From Nannocystis bainbridge (GTDB taxonomy: Bacteria > Myxococcota_A > Polyangia > Nannocystales > Nannocystaceae), in the NCBI RefSeq assembly GCF_028368995.1, contig NZ_JAQNDL010000001.1, forward strand, positions 4,032,001 to 4,096,000: 64,000 nucleotides of DNA, given 5' to 3'. The notes under the pieces are model-generated. The model ran no database searches. It was not told the DNA's origin and was given only the letters and a program-made list of their open reading frames with translations. The translations under genes were made by a program, and so were the position numbers. Below are positions 9,579 to 18,559 of the stretch, piece after piece. Positions within the stretch are counted from its first letter, which is position 1; the number at the start of each line of letters is the position of its first letter.

Positions 9579-10916
9579 GGCTCTTCAGGGTTTGTGGTGG
9601 ATACCGCTGATTCAGCGCGTGATCCCGGCAGGATAGAGGTCGAGGCCGCCGAGGTGGAAGTAGATCGCATCTCGGAAGCGCTCGCGGTTACGGAAGCCGC
9701 GGGCGACGTACTTGAGCTTCTGGATGACCGAGTTGAGGCCCTCGGCAGAGGCGTTGGTGATCCGTTCGGTGGCTGCATGGATGATGCCGCCGAGGTGATT
9801 CTTGACCATGCGCGCGGCGGCCTTCATCGGCTCCAGGCGAGAGCGGATGGCCCAATCGTACCACATGGCCCATTGATCCCGCATGTTGCTCGGCGAGGTG
9901 TGCTCCCAGACCTCCATCGCCGCCTCCTTGAGCGCCCACGCGCGGGCCGTCCGCAGCGAGCTCGTCCGCAGCGCCTCGAAGTCGTCCCAGACCTCCTTGC
10001 TCATCCGTTCGGGGTTGCGCAGCCAGAGGTACTTGGTGCCCTTGAGCCGGTCGTCGCCGAGGCCGTGGAGAGCGCGGTGTTCCTCGCGTCGCACGTGGTC
10101 GACGGCTTGACCGAGGCGCGCGGCGACGTGGTACTTGTCGAAGGCGATCTTCGCGTCGCCATCGGGGATGGCCTCGCGGACAGCTTGAATGTAGGGCTCG
10201 TGCATGTCCATGACGACCACCGAGACCGCAGCCCTCTCTGGGCGCGAAAAGCCGCTCAGGAAGCCCTTGAGGGCCCCTTTGCCGCGTCCGTCGGCGACGT
10301 GGATGACCCGCTTGCTGGCGGACTTCGGGTCATGCACGATCGTGACGTACTCGTGGCGCCGCTGGAAGGAGGTCTCGTCGACGGCGAGCATCGACGGCAG
10401 CGCGACCTCGCGGCGCTCGAGTCCACGTTGTACTGCACGCTCCTGGACGCCGGCGACCTGATCCCACGAGAGGCCGAGGCGCTCCGCGACCACTGCGATC
10501 GACGCCTCGCGGAGCCAGTCGATCACCAGCGCCTCGAACAGCGCGGTGAGCCGGGCGCTACCGTCCGCCCAAGAGACGCGCATCGTCAGCGTACCGTGCT
10601 TCGGGCACGACGTCCGCGGTACGCCGGCTTCGATGATCGTCCGATACTGACACGTATCGAGGTGCCGCCATCGACGAGTCCGTGTATCGTGACGGGGAAC
10701 AGCCTGGTCACACTCCGGGCACCTCGTCGGCACATCGGAGTCGTGCTCGACCTCGATGACGATCTGCCCCTGCCCGAGCTGCAGCTTCACCGCAGCAACA
10801 CGCCAGGGAGCCTCGATACCGAGAATGCGGGCATAGAGTTCGGTCTCTGCCATTCGCGCACGGTATCACGGCGCGATTTCGCGCGCAACCCACGCCACCC
10901 TCAACCCTGAAGAGCC
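9579..10916 (-). mobile_element. ISL3-family insertion sequence (1338 bp)
   Basis: Terminal IRs GGCTCTTCAGGGTT at 9579 and its reverse complement ending at 10916; 8-bp TSD GATTTAAT at 9571-9578 and 10917-10924. Confidence 0.95.
9612..10853 (-). CDS. ISL3 family transposase
   Basis: CPEC/CPKHG zinc finger, RRWRHLD, AVDETS, MDM, FDKYHV, TNASAEGLNSVIQ, RGFRN motifs. Confidence 0.95.
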   Translation of the reverse strand: MAETELYARILGIEAPWRVAAVKLQLGQGQIVIEVEHDSDVPTRCPECDQAVPRHDTRTRRWRHLDTCQYRTIIEAGVPRTSCPKHGTLTMRVSWADGSARLTALFEALVIDWLREASIAVVAERLGLSWDQVAGVQERAVQRGLERREVALPSMLAVDETSFQRRHEYVTIVHDPKSASKRVIHVADGRGKGALKGFLSGFSRPERAAVSVVVMDMHEPYIQAVREAIPDGDAKIAFDKYHVAARLGQAVDHVRREEHRALHGLGDDRLKGTKYLWLRNPERMSKEVWDDFEALRTSSLRTARAWALKEAAMEVWEHTSPSNMRDQWAMWYDWAIRSRLEPMKAAARMVKNHLGGIIHAATERITNASAEGLNSVIQKLKYVARGFRNRERFRDAIYFHLGGLDLYPAGITR

Positions 10917-11120
10917 GATTTAATTGCGAGCGATCTATGGAAGCCCGCGCATACAGGCCACATTTGCGTGAACGATGCCACGCCGTTCCGCACCGCGAGA
11001 AAGCGCCTGTTCGGCGGCCAGCCCCGGCCGTCGAACAGGCGCCGACGACCTGCCCCAAGAGACACCTTCCCATCGAAGCCCGCACCGGCGAGGCGGCCTC
11101 TCACGGCTGCAGCCGTGCTC

Positions 11121-11222
11121 GGGGTTCGGGGAAGGGTCGGCGACGAATACGAGGCAGGGTGGGCGCGAGGCACGAGCGCCCACCCCGACGCTGAACTCGT
11201 CGCCGACCCTTCCCCGGACCCC
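11121..11222. repeat. ~100-bp imperfect inverted repeat (REP/MITE-like hairpin)
   Basis: GGGGTTCGGGGAAGGGTCGGCGACGA pairs with TCGTCGCCGACCCTTCCCCGGACCCC; inner GGGTGGGCGC/GCGCCCACCC stem. Confidence 0.8.
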
Positions 11223-11243
11223 ATGCGAGGCGCAGGCGGCAAT

Positions 11244-11368
11244 TCGCGAAGCCCCCTCAAGCACTCCGCGAACCAAGTCACTCCGAGATCGCAGGCACCG
11301 AAGTCGCGAAGCGCCCCATCAAGCGCTCCGCGAACCAAGTCACTCCGAGATCGCAGGCACCGAAGTCG
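11244..11368. repeat. ~60-bp tandem duplication including the thioesterase 3' end
   Basis: CTCCGCGAACCAAGTCACTCCGAGATCGCAGGCACCGAAGTCG occurs twice. Confidence 0.85.
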
Positions 11369-11750
11369 GATGCCCATGCGCATCGAGGGCCACCAGCACG
11401 AACCGCCCGCGCGTCCCCAGCTGCCGATCCCCTGTCAGCAGGTCTTCGGCAAAGACCTCCACATCGACCGTGATCGAAGTGCGCCCCGTCGCCACCACCC
11501 GCGCGATCAGCTCCACCAGCTGTCCCTGGCGGATGGGCACATGGAAATCGACCCGCTCGCTGCTCGCCGTCACCACCGTCCGGCGGGCGTACCGCGAAGC
11601 TGCCACGAACGCCGCCTTGTCCATCAGCGCCAGCGCTTGCCCGCCGAACAGCGTCCCGTAGTGGTTCGTCTGCTCCGGGAACACCATCTCGATCAGCCGT
11701 GCCTCGCGGACCCGGCCGGCGTCGATGCGCTCGTTCTCAGAAGGCGGCAT
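11340..11750 (-). CDS. Hotdog-fold acyl-CoA thioesterase
   Basis: VFPEQTNHYGTLFGGQALALMDKAAF, VVTAS..VDF..PI..G motifs; overlaps the nrdB 3' end. Confidence 0.9.
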   Translation of the reverse strand: MPPSENERIDAGRVREARLIEMVFPEQTNHYGTLFGGQALALMDKAAFVAASRYARRTVVTASSERVDFHVPIRQGQLVELIARVVATGRTSITVDVEVFAEDLLTGDRQLGTRGRFVLVALDAHGHPTSVPAISE

Positions 11751-12759
11751 CGAGCACCACCTGTCCCGTCACCCCGACCTGGTACGCCGACACCCGGCGC
11801 TCGAAGAAATTTGCCACCTCTTGCACGTCCTGCAGCTCCATGAACGCCAGCGGGTTCTTCACCCCGTAGCGGCGCGCCATCCCCAGCGTCGTCAACCGCT
11901 GGTCCGCGCAGAACTCGAGGTATTGCCGGATGTCGTGCACCGACAGTCCTGCCACCCCGCCGCCGACCAGGTCCTCCGCGAATTGTGTCTCGCAGTCGAT
12001 CGCCTCCGCGATCATCGCCTGCACCTCCGCCTCGAGCGACGCGTCGAACAGCGACGGCTCCTCGCGGCGGATCGTGTTCACCACCTCGAACGCGAACCGC
12101 ATGTGCGCGCTCTCGTCGCGGAACACCCAGTTCGTCCCGGCCGCCAGCCCGTGCAGCAGCCCGCGCGAGCGCAGGAAATACACGTACGCGAACGCCCCGA
12201 AGAAGAACAGCCCCTCGACGCACGCCGCGAAGCAGATCAGGTTGAGCAAGAACCGGCGCCGATCTTCGCGCGAATCGAGCCGGTCCACGCCTTGCACCGT
12301 CTCGAGCCAGCGCATGCAGAACTCGGCCTTGCGGCGGATCGACGGGATCGTCTCGATCGCCGCGAACGCCCGGTGACGCTCCTCCGGGTCCGGCACATAC
12401 GTGTCGAGCAGCGTCAGGTAGAACTGCACGTGCAGCGCCTCCTCGTACAGCTGGCGCGACAGGTACATGCGCGCCTCGGGGGCGTTGATGTGGCGGTACA
12501 GGCTCAGCACCACGTTGTTGGCGACGATCGCGTCGCCGGTGGCGAAGAACGCCACCAGCCGCTGGACCAGGTGGCGCTCCGCCTCCGACATGCGGCCGCG
12601 CAGGTCGGCCACGTCGGTCGCGAAGTCGACCTCCTCGACCGTCCAGGTGTTCTTGATCGCCGCCCGGTACATCTCGAAGAACACCGGGTAGGCCATCGGC
12701 CGCAGCGTGAGGCAGAGCCCGGGTTCGAGCAGGCGGGCGGGGCGGTGGACGTGACTCAT
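11737..12759 (-). CDS. nrdB: Class Ia ribonucleotide reductase beta subunit
   Basis: FFATGD, EEALHVQFY (radical Tyr), EGLFF, RDESAH, NFFERRVSAY; ATG 12759 overlaps the nrdA TGA. Confidence 0.95.
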   Translation of the reverse strand: MSHVHRPARLLEPGLCLTLRPMAYPVFFEMYRAAIKNTWTVEEVDFATDVADLRGRMSEAERHLVQRLVAFFATGDAIVANNVVLSLYRHINAPEARMYLSRQLYEEALHVQFYLTLLDTYVPDPEERHRAFAAIETIPSIRRKAEFCMRWLETVQGVDRLDSREDRRRFLLNLICFAACVEGLFFFGAFAYVYFLRSRGLLHGLAAGTNWVFRDESAHMRFAFEVVNTIRREEPSLFDASLEAEVQAMIAEAIDCETQFAEDLVGGGVAGLSVHDIRQYLEFCADQRLTTLGMARRYGVKNPLAFMELQDVQEVANFFERRVSAYQVGVTGQVVLDAAF

Positions 12760-15185
12760 TGGCAGGCCTCGCAAGATTCGGGGTTTTCCAGCGAACACGC
12801 GACCGCGGCTCGCGGCGCGATCGGCTCGGCGGTCGGGGTCGAATCGACCGTCGCCTTGGCGATCCGCGTCGCCGGGCGCGAGCGCAGGTAGTATGTCGTC
12901 TTCAGCCCGCGCTTCCACGCGTAGAAGTACATGCTCGAGAGTTGACCGATGCTCGGGCTCTCGATGAACAGGTTCAGCGACTGGCTCTGATCGATGTATG
13001 CCCCGCGCTCGGCCGCCATGTCGACCAGCGAGCGCATCGGCAGCTCCCACGCCGTGCGGTACACCAGCTTCAGCGCCTCCGGCAGCCCCTCCAGCTGCTG
13101 CACCGAGCCCTCGGCCAGCTTGAGCTGGTTGCGCGTCGCCTCGGTCCACAGCCCGAGTCGCTTGAGCGTCGCCACCAGGTAGCGGTTGACCTGCAGGAAG
13201 TCGCCCGACAGCGTCTCGCGCTTGAAGAGGTTCGACACCTGCGGCTCGATGCACTCGTAGCAGCCGGCGATCGCCGCGATCGTCGCCGTCGGCGCGATCG
13301 CCACCAGCAGCGAGTTGCGCAGCCCGTGCTCGCGGATGTCCGCCCGCAGCCTGTCCCATCGTTCAGGTTCGCTCGGCGTCACGCCCCAGGCGTCGAACTG
13401 CAGCTCGCCGCGGGCCACCCGGGTCTCCTCGTACGTCGGGTGCCGCCCGCGCTCCCGCGCAAGCGCGCACGAGGCCGTCAGCGCGTGGAAGTACACCGCC
13501 TCGGAGATGTCCCGCGACAGCTGCCGCGCCGCCCCCCCGTCGAACGACAGCCCGAGCTGGAAGAACACGTCCTGCAGCCCCATGAGCCCCAGCCCGACCG
13601 GCCGCCACTGCACGTTCGAGTCGCGCGCGCCCGGCAGCGAGTAGTAGTTGAGGTCGATCACCCGGTCGAGCTGCCGCACCGCCAGCGCGACCGTCTGCGC
13701 CAGCTTCTCGAAGTCGAAGGCGACCTGTCCGTCGGGACATGTATTGACGTGGCGCCCGAGGTTGATCGAGCCGAGGTTGCACACCGCCACCTCGTCGCCG
13801 GCCGTGACCTCGACGATCTCCGTGCAAAGGTTCGAGAGGTGCACCACCCGCCCCGGCGCTCCGGTCTGGTTGCAGGTGGTGTTGCAGCGGTCCTTGAAGG
13901 TCATCCAGCCGTTGCCGGTCTGCGCCAGCGTCCGCATCATGCGCGCGTAGAGGTCGCGCGCCGGGACGGTCCGCACGGCCAGGCCGGCCGCCTCGTACTC
14001 GACGTAGCGGGCCTCGAACGCCTCGCCGTACAGGTCGGGCAGGTCCTTGACCGTCTTGGGGTCGAACAGGCTCCACGCCGCGTCGGCCTCGACCCGGCGC
14101 ATGAACAGGTCGGGCACCCAGTTGGCGAGGTTGAGGTTGTGCGTGCGGCTGGCCTCGTCGCCGGTGTTGTCGCGCAGCTCGAGGAACGCCTCGATGTCGG
14201 CGTGCCACGACTCGAGGTACACGCAGCAGGCGCCCTTGCGCTTGCCGCCCTGGTTGACCGCCGCCACCGACGCGTCGAGCGTCTTGAGCCACGGCACGAT
14301 CCCGCACGAGATCCCGTTCGTCACCGTGATCAACGAGCCGCGCGAGCGCACCCGGTGGAACGCCATGCCGATCCCGCCGGAGAACTTCGACAGCATCGCC
14401 ACGTCGTGGTAGCGCTGATAGATGTGCGACAGCTGATCGCGCGGCGAGTCGAGCAGGAAGCAGCTCGCCAGCTGCTCGTGCCGCGTGCCGCTGTTGAACA
14501 GCGTCGGCGAGCTCGGCAGGTACTCGAGCGCCGACAGCAGCGCGTACAGCTCGCGCGCCTCCGCCACGGACTCGGCCAGCGCGCACGCGATCCGCATGAA
14601 GAACTGCTGCGGCGTCTCGATCACCAGCCGCGTCTGCGGGTGGCGCAGCAGGTAGCGGTCGTAGACGGTGCGCAGGCCGAAGTACTCGAACTCGAGGTCG
14701 CGCGAGCGATCGATCGCCGCGTCGAGCTCCTCCGCGTGGGCGCCCACGAACGCCTGCAGGCGCTCGTGGATCAGGTTCAGCGCGCGCCCGTGCGCGACCG
14801 ACTGCGAGAAGCTGCGGACCCCGGACAGTTCGACCTCGGCCTCGACATAAGTGGAAAGCAGCCGCGCCGCCAGCCGCGAGTACTGCGGCTCCTCGGCGAT
14901 CAGCCCCGCGGCGGTCTGGATCGACAGCAAGTCGAGCTCTTGCGTGGTCGCGCCGTCGTAGAGCCCGCTGATCGTGCGCGTCGCCACCCGCACCGCGTCG
15001 ACGGCGTCGAGCCCGGCGCAGCAGCGGTCGACTGCCTGCACGATCTTGTGGATGTCGACCGGCTCGAGCGCGCCGCTGCGCTTCTTCACCCGCATGCTGG
15101 TCTGAAAGCGCGTGCTGACCGAAAGGTCAGGTCGGGTCGGCTCGCCCGCCAGCGCCGCCTCGCTCGTCGTCGTGTCCCTGTCCAT
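12756..15185 (-). CDS. nrdA: Class Ia ribonucleotide reductase alpha subunit with ATP cone
   Basis: VKKRSG ATP cone, SPTLFNSG, SCFL, SNLCTEI, APTATI, KTTYYLR, C-terminal CEAC. Confidence 0.97.
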   Translation of the reverse strand: MDRDTTTSEAALAGEPTRPDLSVSTRFQTSMRVKKRSGALEPVDIHKIVQAVDRCCAGLDAVDAVRVATRTISGLYDGATTQELDLLSIQTAAGLIAEEPQYSRLAARLLSTYVEAEVELSGVRSFSQSVAHGRALNLIHERLQAFVGAHAEELDAAIDRSRDLEFEYFGLRTVYDRYLLRHPQTRLVIETPQQFFMRIACALAESVAEARELYALLSALEYLPSSPTLFNSGTRHEQLASCFLLDSPRDQLSHIYQRYHDVAMLSKFSGGIGMAFHRVRSRGSLITVTNGISCGIVPWLKTLDASVAAVNQGGKRKGACCVYLESWHADIEAFLELRDNTGDEASRTHNLNLANWVPDLFMRRVEADAAWSLFDPKTVKDLPDLYGEAFEARYVEYEAAGLAVRTVPARDLYARMMRTLAQTGNGWMTFKDRCNTTCNQTGAPGRVVHLSNLCTEIVEVTAGDEVAVCNLGSINLGRHVNTCPDGQVAFDFEKLAQTVALAVRQLDRVIDLNYYSLPGARDSNVQWRPVGLGLMGLQDVFFQLGLSFDGGAARQLSRDISEAVYFHALTASCALARERGRHPTYEETRVARGELQFDAWGVTPSEPERWDRLRADIREHGLRNSLLVAIAPTATIAAIAGCYECIEPQVSNLFKRETLSGDFLQVNRYLVATLKRLGLWTEATRNQLKLAEGSVQQLEGLPEALKLVYRTAWELPMRSLVDMAAERGAYIDQSQSLNLFIESPSIGQLSSMYFYAWKRGLKTTYYLRSRPATRIAKATVDSTPTAEPIAPRAAVACSLENPESCEACQ

Positions 15186-15399
15186 CTCGCCTCCTCGTGT
15201 CGCGTGTGGACCGCGAGGAAAAGCCGGGGCAGCGAATCAGCGCGAGCGGACGCCCTGCACCGACCTCTCGCCCCCGCGGGCGACCGGAAGTCGGCGCGGG
15301 ACGGGGGCAGAGGCGAGTCGCGGGGTCACCGCTTCGCTTGCACCGCGCCTCCCGCGAGGCTTCCAGGTCGTTCCGGCGACGGATGTCTCCCGTCGCCGG

Positions 15400-15590
15400 G
15401 CGCAGGCAGGTCTTCGGGCTCACGAGCTGCTCGACGTCACCGCCGAGTCCCTACTACCCACACTTCCCGGCCGCGTGGCCAGTGCTCCGTGGGGTTCGTT
15501 CTCGCTTACCGCTGCGGGGCAGCCCCGGATTCTCACCGGGTTCCCTATTAAACCCTCGGCGTCTTGCAAACGCAGAAGGTACCAGCGCCG
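15400..15590 (-). ncRNA. Cobalamin (B12) riboswitch
   Basis: Minus strand reads AATAGGGAACCCGGTGAGAATCCGGGGCTGCCCCGCAGCGGTAAG...CACTGG...GGGAAG...GAGCCCGAAGACCTGCC (B12 box). Confidence 0.95.
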
Positions 15591-15591
15591 A

Positions 15592-15639
15592 CCGCAATAT
15601 ATGGGGGTGGTCCTGTGGCGTCAACACAAAATGTGGGAG
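15592..15639. promoter_or_regulatory. Tandem NrdR boxes overlapping a sigma70 promoter of the nrdAB operon
   Basis: ccgCaAtATaTgGggg (15592) and acaCaAaATgTgGgag (15624), 32 bp apart; minus strand TTGACG (15624-15619), 17 bp, TATATT (15601-15596). Confidence 0.85.
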
Positions 15640-15696
15640 ACCTGCGCATACGCACAGCGCTCTCCACCGTGCTCTAGATGTCCCAAGAGACAGGTA

Positions 15697-16560
15697 CTAC
15701 GGGGTGCACGCGACCTCGCGGGAGATCCACGCCAGGAAGTCCACGTAGGCCTCGTCGCTCTTGTCGGCGAACTTGGTGTGGCCGCCGTGCATCACCCCGC
15801 CCTCGCTCTCGGCCAGCGGCTTCAGCAGCAGCAGGCTCTGGTCCGGCGCGGCGAAATCGACGAGCCCGCGCTCCAGCACGTTCCGCATCGTCATCAGCGA
15901 GCCGAGCTCGCACGAGCCGGTGGCGATCCACTTCGGCGCCTCGAAGTCGTGGCTGTCGAAGTGGCACGGGAAGCAGCGGTCGCGCCACGCGTACACCTTG
16001 TGGCGAAACATCGACTCGCGGGTCAGCGGCGAGCAATCGCCAGGGTCGACCCACGCCGACGCCGCCTCGTCCTCCTCGCATTTGGCCCCGCTCGGCTCGC
16101 CGCACGGCGAATCACCGGACCAGCACAACCCACATTCGGCGGTCGCCTCGATCCACGCCAGAAACGCCGCGTACTCCTCGTCGATCACCGACTGGTCGAT
16201 CAAAGGGCTGGCCGGGTCGGCGCGGGAGATCCACTGCAGCACGAGGCTGGCCTGCGGATCTGTCAGGTCGACCAGGCCCCGGTCGTCGAGGCACGCCATC
16301 GTCTGACACGGCGTGTCCTGCACGAACATCTCCATGTCGACGCCCGACAGGTGGCAGGTGTTGCAGGTCTTCGGCCGGTCGGTCGCCAGCAGCGGCGCGA
16401 TTCTTTTAATGAAGAGCGCGTCGGGCTCGACGGCGCAGTCGATCGGCGCGGCCGTGGTGCCCGTCGAGCTCGTCGTGGTGCTCGTGCTGCCGTCGGTGCT
16501 CGCGGGCGCAGAGCCGCCGCAGGCGACGAGGACCAGGGCGGCGGCGAGGGCGAGGCGCAC
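15697..16560 (-). CDS. Di-heme c-type cytochrome lipoprotein
   Basis: Lipobox LVAC; CNTCH and CFPCH; internal repeat RGLVD...P..SL.L. Confidence 0.75.
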   Translation of the reverse strand: MRLALAAALVLVACGGSAPASTDGSTSTTTSSTGTTAAPIDCAVEPDALFIKRIAPLLATDRPKTCNTCHLSGVDMEMFVQDTPCQTMACLDDRGLVDLTDPQASLVLQWISRADPASPLIDQSVIDEEYAAFLAWIEATAECGLCWSGDSPCGEPSGAKCEEDEAASAWVDPGDCSPLTRESMFRHKVYAWRDRCFPCHFDSHDFEAPKWIATGSCELGSLMTMRNVLERGLVDFAAPDQSLLLLKPLAESEGGVMHGGHTKFADKSDEAYVDFLAWISREVACTP

Positions 16561-16640
16561 GCCTCACGGTACCGAAGTTCGCGGCCCCGCGCACGCGCGG
16601 TCGCAGGCGCGCGCGGATGACACGCACGACCTCGCCGTCG

Positions 16641-17111
16641 TCACGCCGCCGGGGTGAACTGGATCGCGCCTTGCGGCAGCAGGTACAGCACGAACGCTCG
16701 CCCACCCGCGACCGTCGGCGTGTGCGCGCTGCCCGGCGGATACACGCACCAGCCGGCGCCGTGACCGTCGAACTGGGCCGCGTCGGCGAGCGGCATCACC
16801 ATGTCGATCTCGCCGTTCGGGTGCACGTGGTGCCCACCGGCCACCTCGTCCATGTCGACCACGTCGACCGAGAACCCATGCGTCGCCGGCCCGGCCTTGA
16901 TCACCCGCCCGTACTTGATGCCCGCGTGCTCGCGGCTGCACATCCACCCCGCCGCCACAGCCTCGCGGCAGGCCTGCGCGATCGCGGCGAACTCGGGCCC
17001 GTCGGCCGGCACCTCGCGGTTGAGCCACTCGGCCAGATCGGCGTCGAGCGGGCGGCCTGCGACCTTCGCGGTGAGGTCGACCATCAGGGCTTCGAAGCGC
17101 GGCAGATCCAT
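16641..17111 (-). CDS. DUF4863 / PnbB-like cupin protein
   Basis: GIKYGRVIK, FSVDVVDM, HHVHPNGEID, PPGSAHTPTV, LYLLPQGAI. Confidence 0.8.
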   Translation of the reverse strand: MDLPRFEALMVDLTAKVAGRPLDADLAEWLNREVPADGPEFAAIAQACREAVAAGWMCSREHAGIKYGRVIKAGPATHGFSVDVVDMDEVAGGHHVHPNGEIDMVMPLADAAQFDGHGAGWCVYPPGSAHTPTVAGGRAFVLYLLPQGAIQFTPAA

Positions 17112-17154
17112 GGGCGTGCCGACGCTAGGCCGTTTCGCCCGCCCCTGCAACCTC

Positions 17155-18441
17155 TCACTTCGCGGTCCACGGCGGCAGCGCCGCGAGCGGCAGCCGGCGC
17201 ATCACGCTCGGCCGACCGCTCGTGTCGGCGTGACCGATGCGCACCGCCACCTCGTCGCGCGTCAGCCACAGGATCCGCTCGATCGCCAGATCGTCCGGCG
17301 CCCGCAGGGCCAGCTGCGCGCCCGACTCGACCCGCACGATCATCGCCTCGTGGAGCTCCTGCGGGATCGCCACCACCCCGTCGGCGAAGCTCGGCGTCCT
17401 CATCGTCTTCAGCGGCAATGTCAGCACCTGCCGTGCGTCCGCCAGCGCCGGCCCGTCGACCACCGCCGCCGTCCACAGCGCGATGCTTTTATAAAAATTG
17501 TTGTTGTTGCGACCGCGGCCCTCGAGCCACACCGCCTGCGAGCCGTCGATCATCACCGGGCTGGTGCCCCCGATCGTTCCGGATCGCAGCGGGTGCGCGC
17601 GCTCGCCGAGGCGCGCCGCCATCGGTCGCTCGGGGATCGACGCCAGCAAGAACACCACCGCGTCGCCGTGGCCGCTGGCGCAACACTCCCAGCCGGCGCG
17701 CGAGCCTGGCACCTCGTGCCAGCGCTTTTCGCCCGGGTCGTACCAGCGCAGCGGCCCGCCGTTCTGCTCGACCATCACCCGCCCGCCGACCGACAGCATC
17801 GACTCGCCGATGAACTCCGGGAACTGCCGCCGCGGCAGCACCGCGGCCACCTCGCGCCAGCTCGGATCCCCGGCCAGCGGCCCTCGCAGGTACGCGCGCG
17901 ATGCGTAGCCGTCCTTGTTGTCGAACACCACCTCGATCACCGCCCCGTCGTCCGACAGCCCGATCTGCCCCAATGAGCATTGTTCGGAGCGCGGGCCCTC
18001 GACCGCGAAGAACGGCAGCCCGTCGCGCGGCGCCAGCGAATAGCGCGACCGCGACCCCGGCAGCGATCGCAGCGCCGCGATCGTCACCTGCCCGCCGCGC
18101 GACAGCCCCACCACGTCGAGATCGGGCGCCAACCCCTCCGGTGATTGCGTCGGCGCCTCGAAGCAACCATTCGGTCCGCCCTTGCACGGCGTCCAGGCGA
18201 TCGGCGGCCCGAGGCTCGCCGGCGCGTCGGCGATCTGCAGCTCGCAGCCGGGCGCGACCGTCAGCGTTGTCCACGTCGTGGTCGCCGGCGCCGGCTTCGG
18301 CGGCAGCGGCTCGCGCGGCGGCGGCGGCCCGGGCGGCGCCTCCGCAGGCGCTTCGACCTTCGCCTCCTCCAGCGTCGGCGCCGGCGCGTGCGGGCTGCAG
18401 GCCGAGATCGTCAGCACCAGGGTGAGCGTGGGGCCTCGCAT
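17155..18441 (-). CDS. Hypothetical lipoprotein (Pro-rich N-terminus, beta-rich body)
   Basis: Lipobox ISAC; protein-like composition. Confidence 0.7.
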   Translation of the reverse strand: MRGPTLTLVLTISACSPHAPAPTLEEAKVEAPAEAPPGPPPPREPLPPKPAPATTTWTTLTVAPGCELQIADAPASLGPPIAWTPCKGGPNGCFEAPTQSPEGLAPDLDVVGLSRGGQVTIAALRSLPGSRSRYSLAPRDGLPFFAVEGPRSEQCSLGQIGLSDDGAVIEVVFDNKDGYASRAYLRGPLAGDPSWREVAAVLPRRQFPEFIGESMLSVGGRVMVEQNGGPLRWYDPGEKRWHEVPGSRAGWECCASGHGDAVVFLLASIPERPMAARLGERAHPLRSGTIGGTSPVMIDGSQAVWLEGRGRNNNNFYKSIALWTAAVVDGPALADARQVLTLPLKTMRTPSFADGVVAIPQELHEAMIVRVESGAQLALRAPDDLAIERILWLTRDEVAVRIGHADTSGRPSVMRRLPLAALPPWTAK

Positions 18442-18559
18442 CGACCGACCCTATCACGCATGTTCTCCAGCTCGCGTCCGCTCGATGTCGCACGATTGGC
18501 GATCGGTCCGCGCTCGGTGCGCGGAGTCGATCCGTCACATCGCGTGCTAACCGAGGAAC

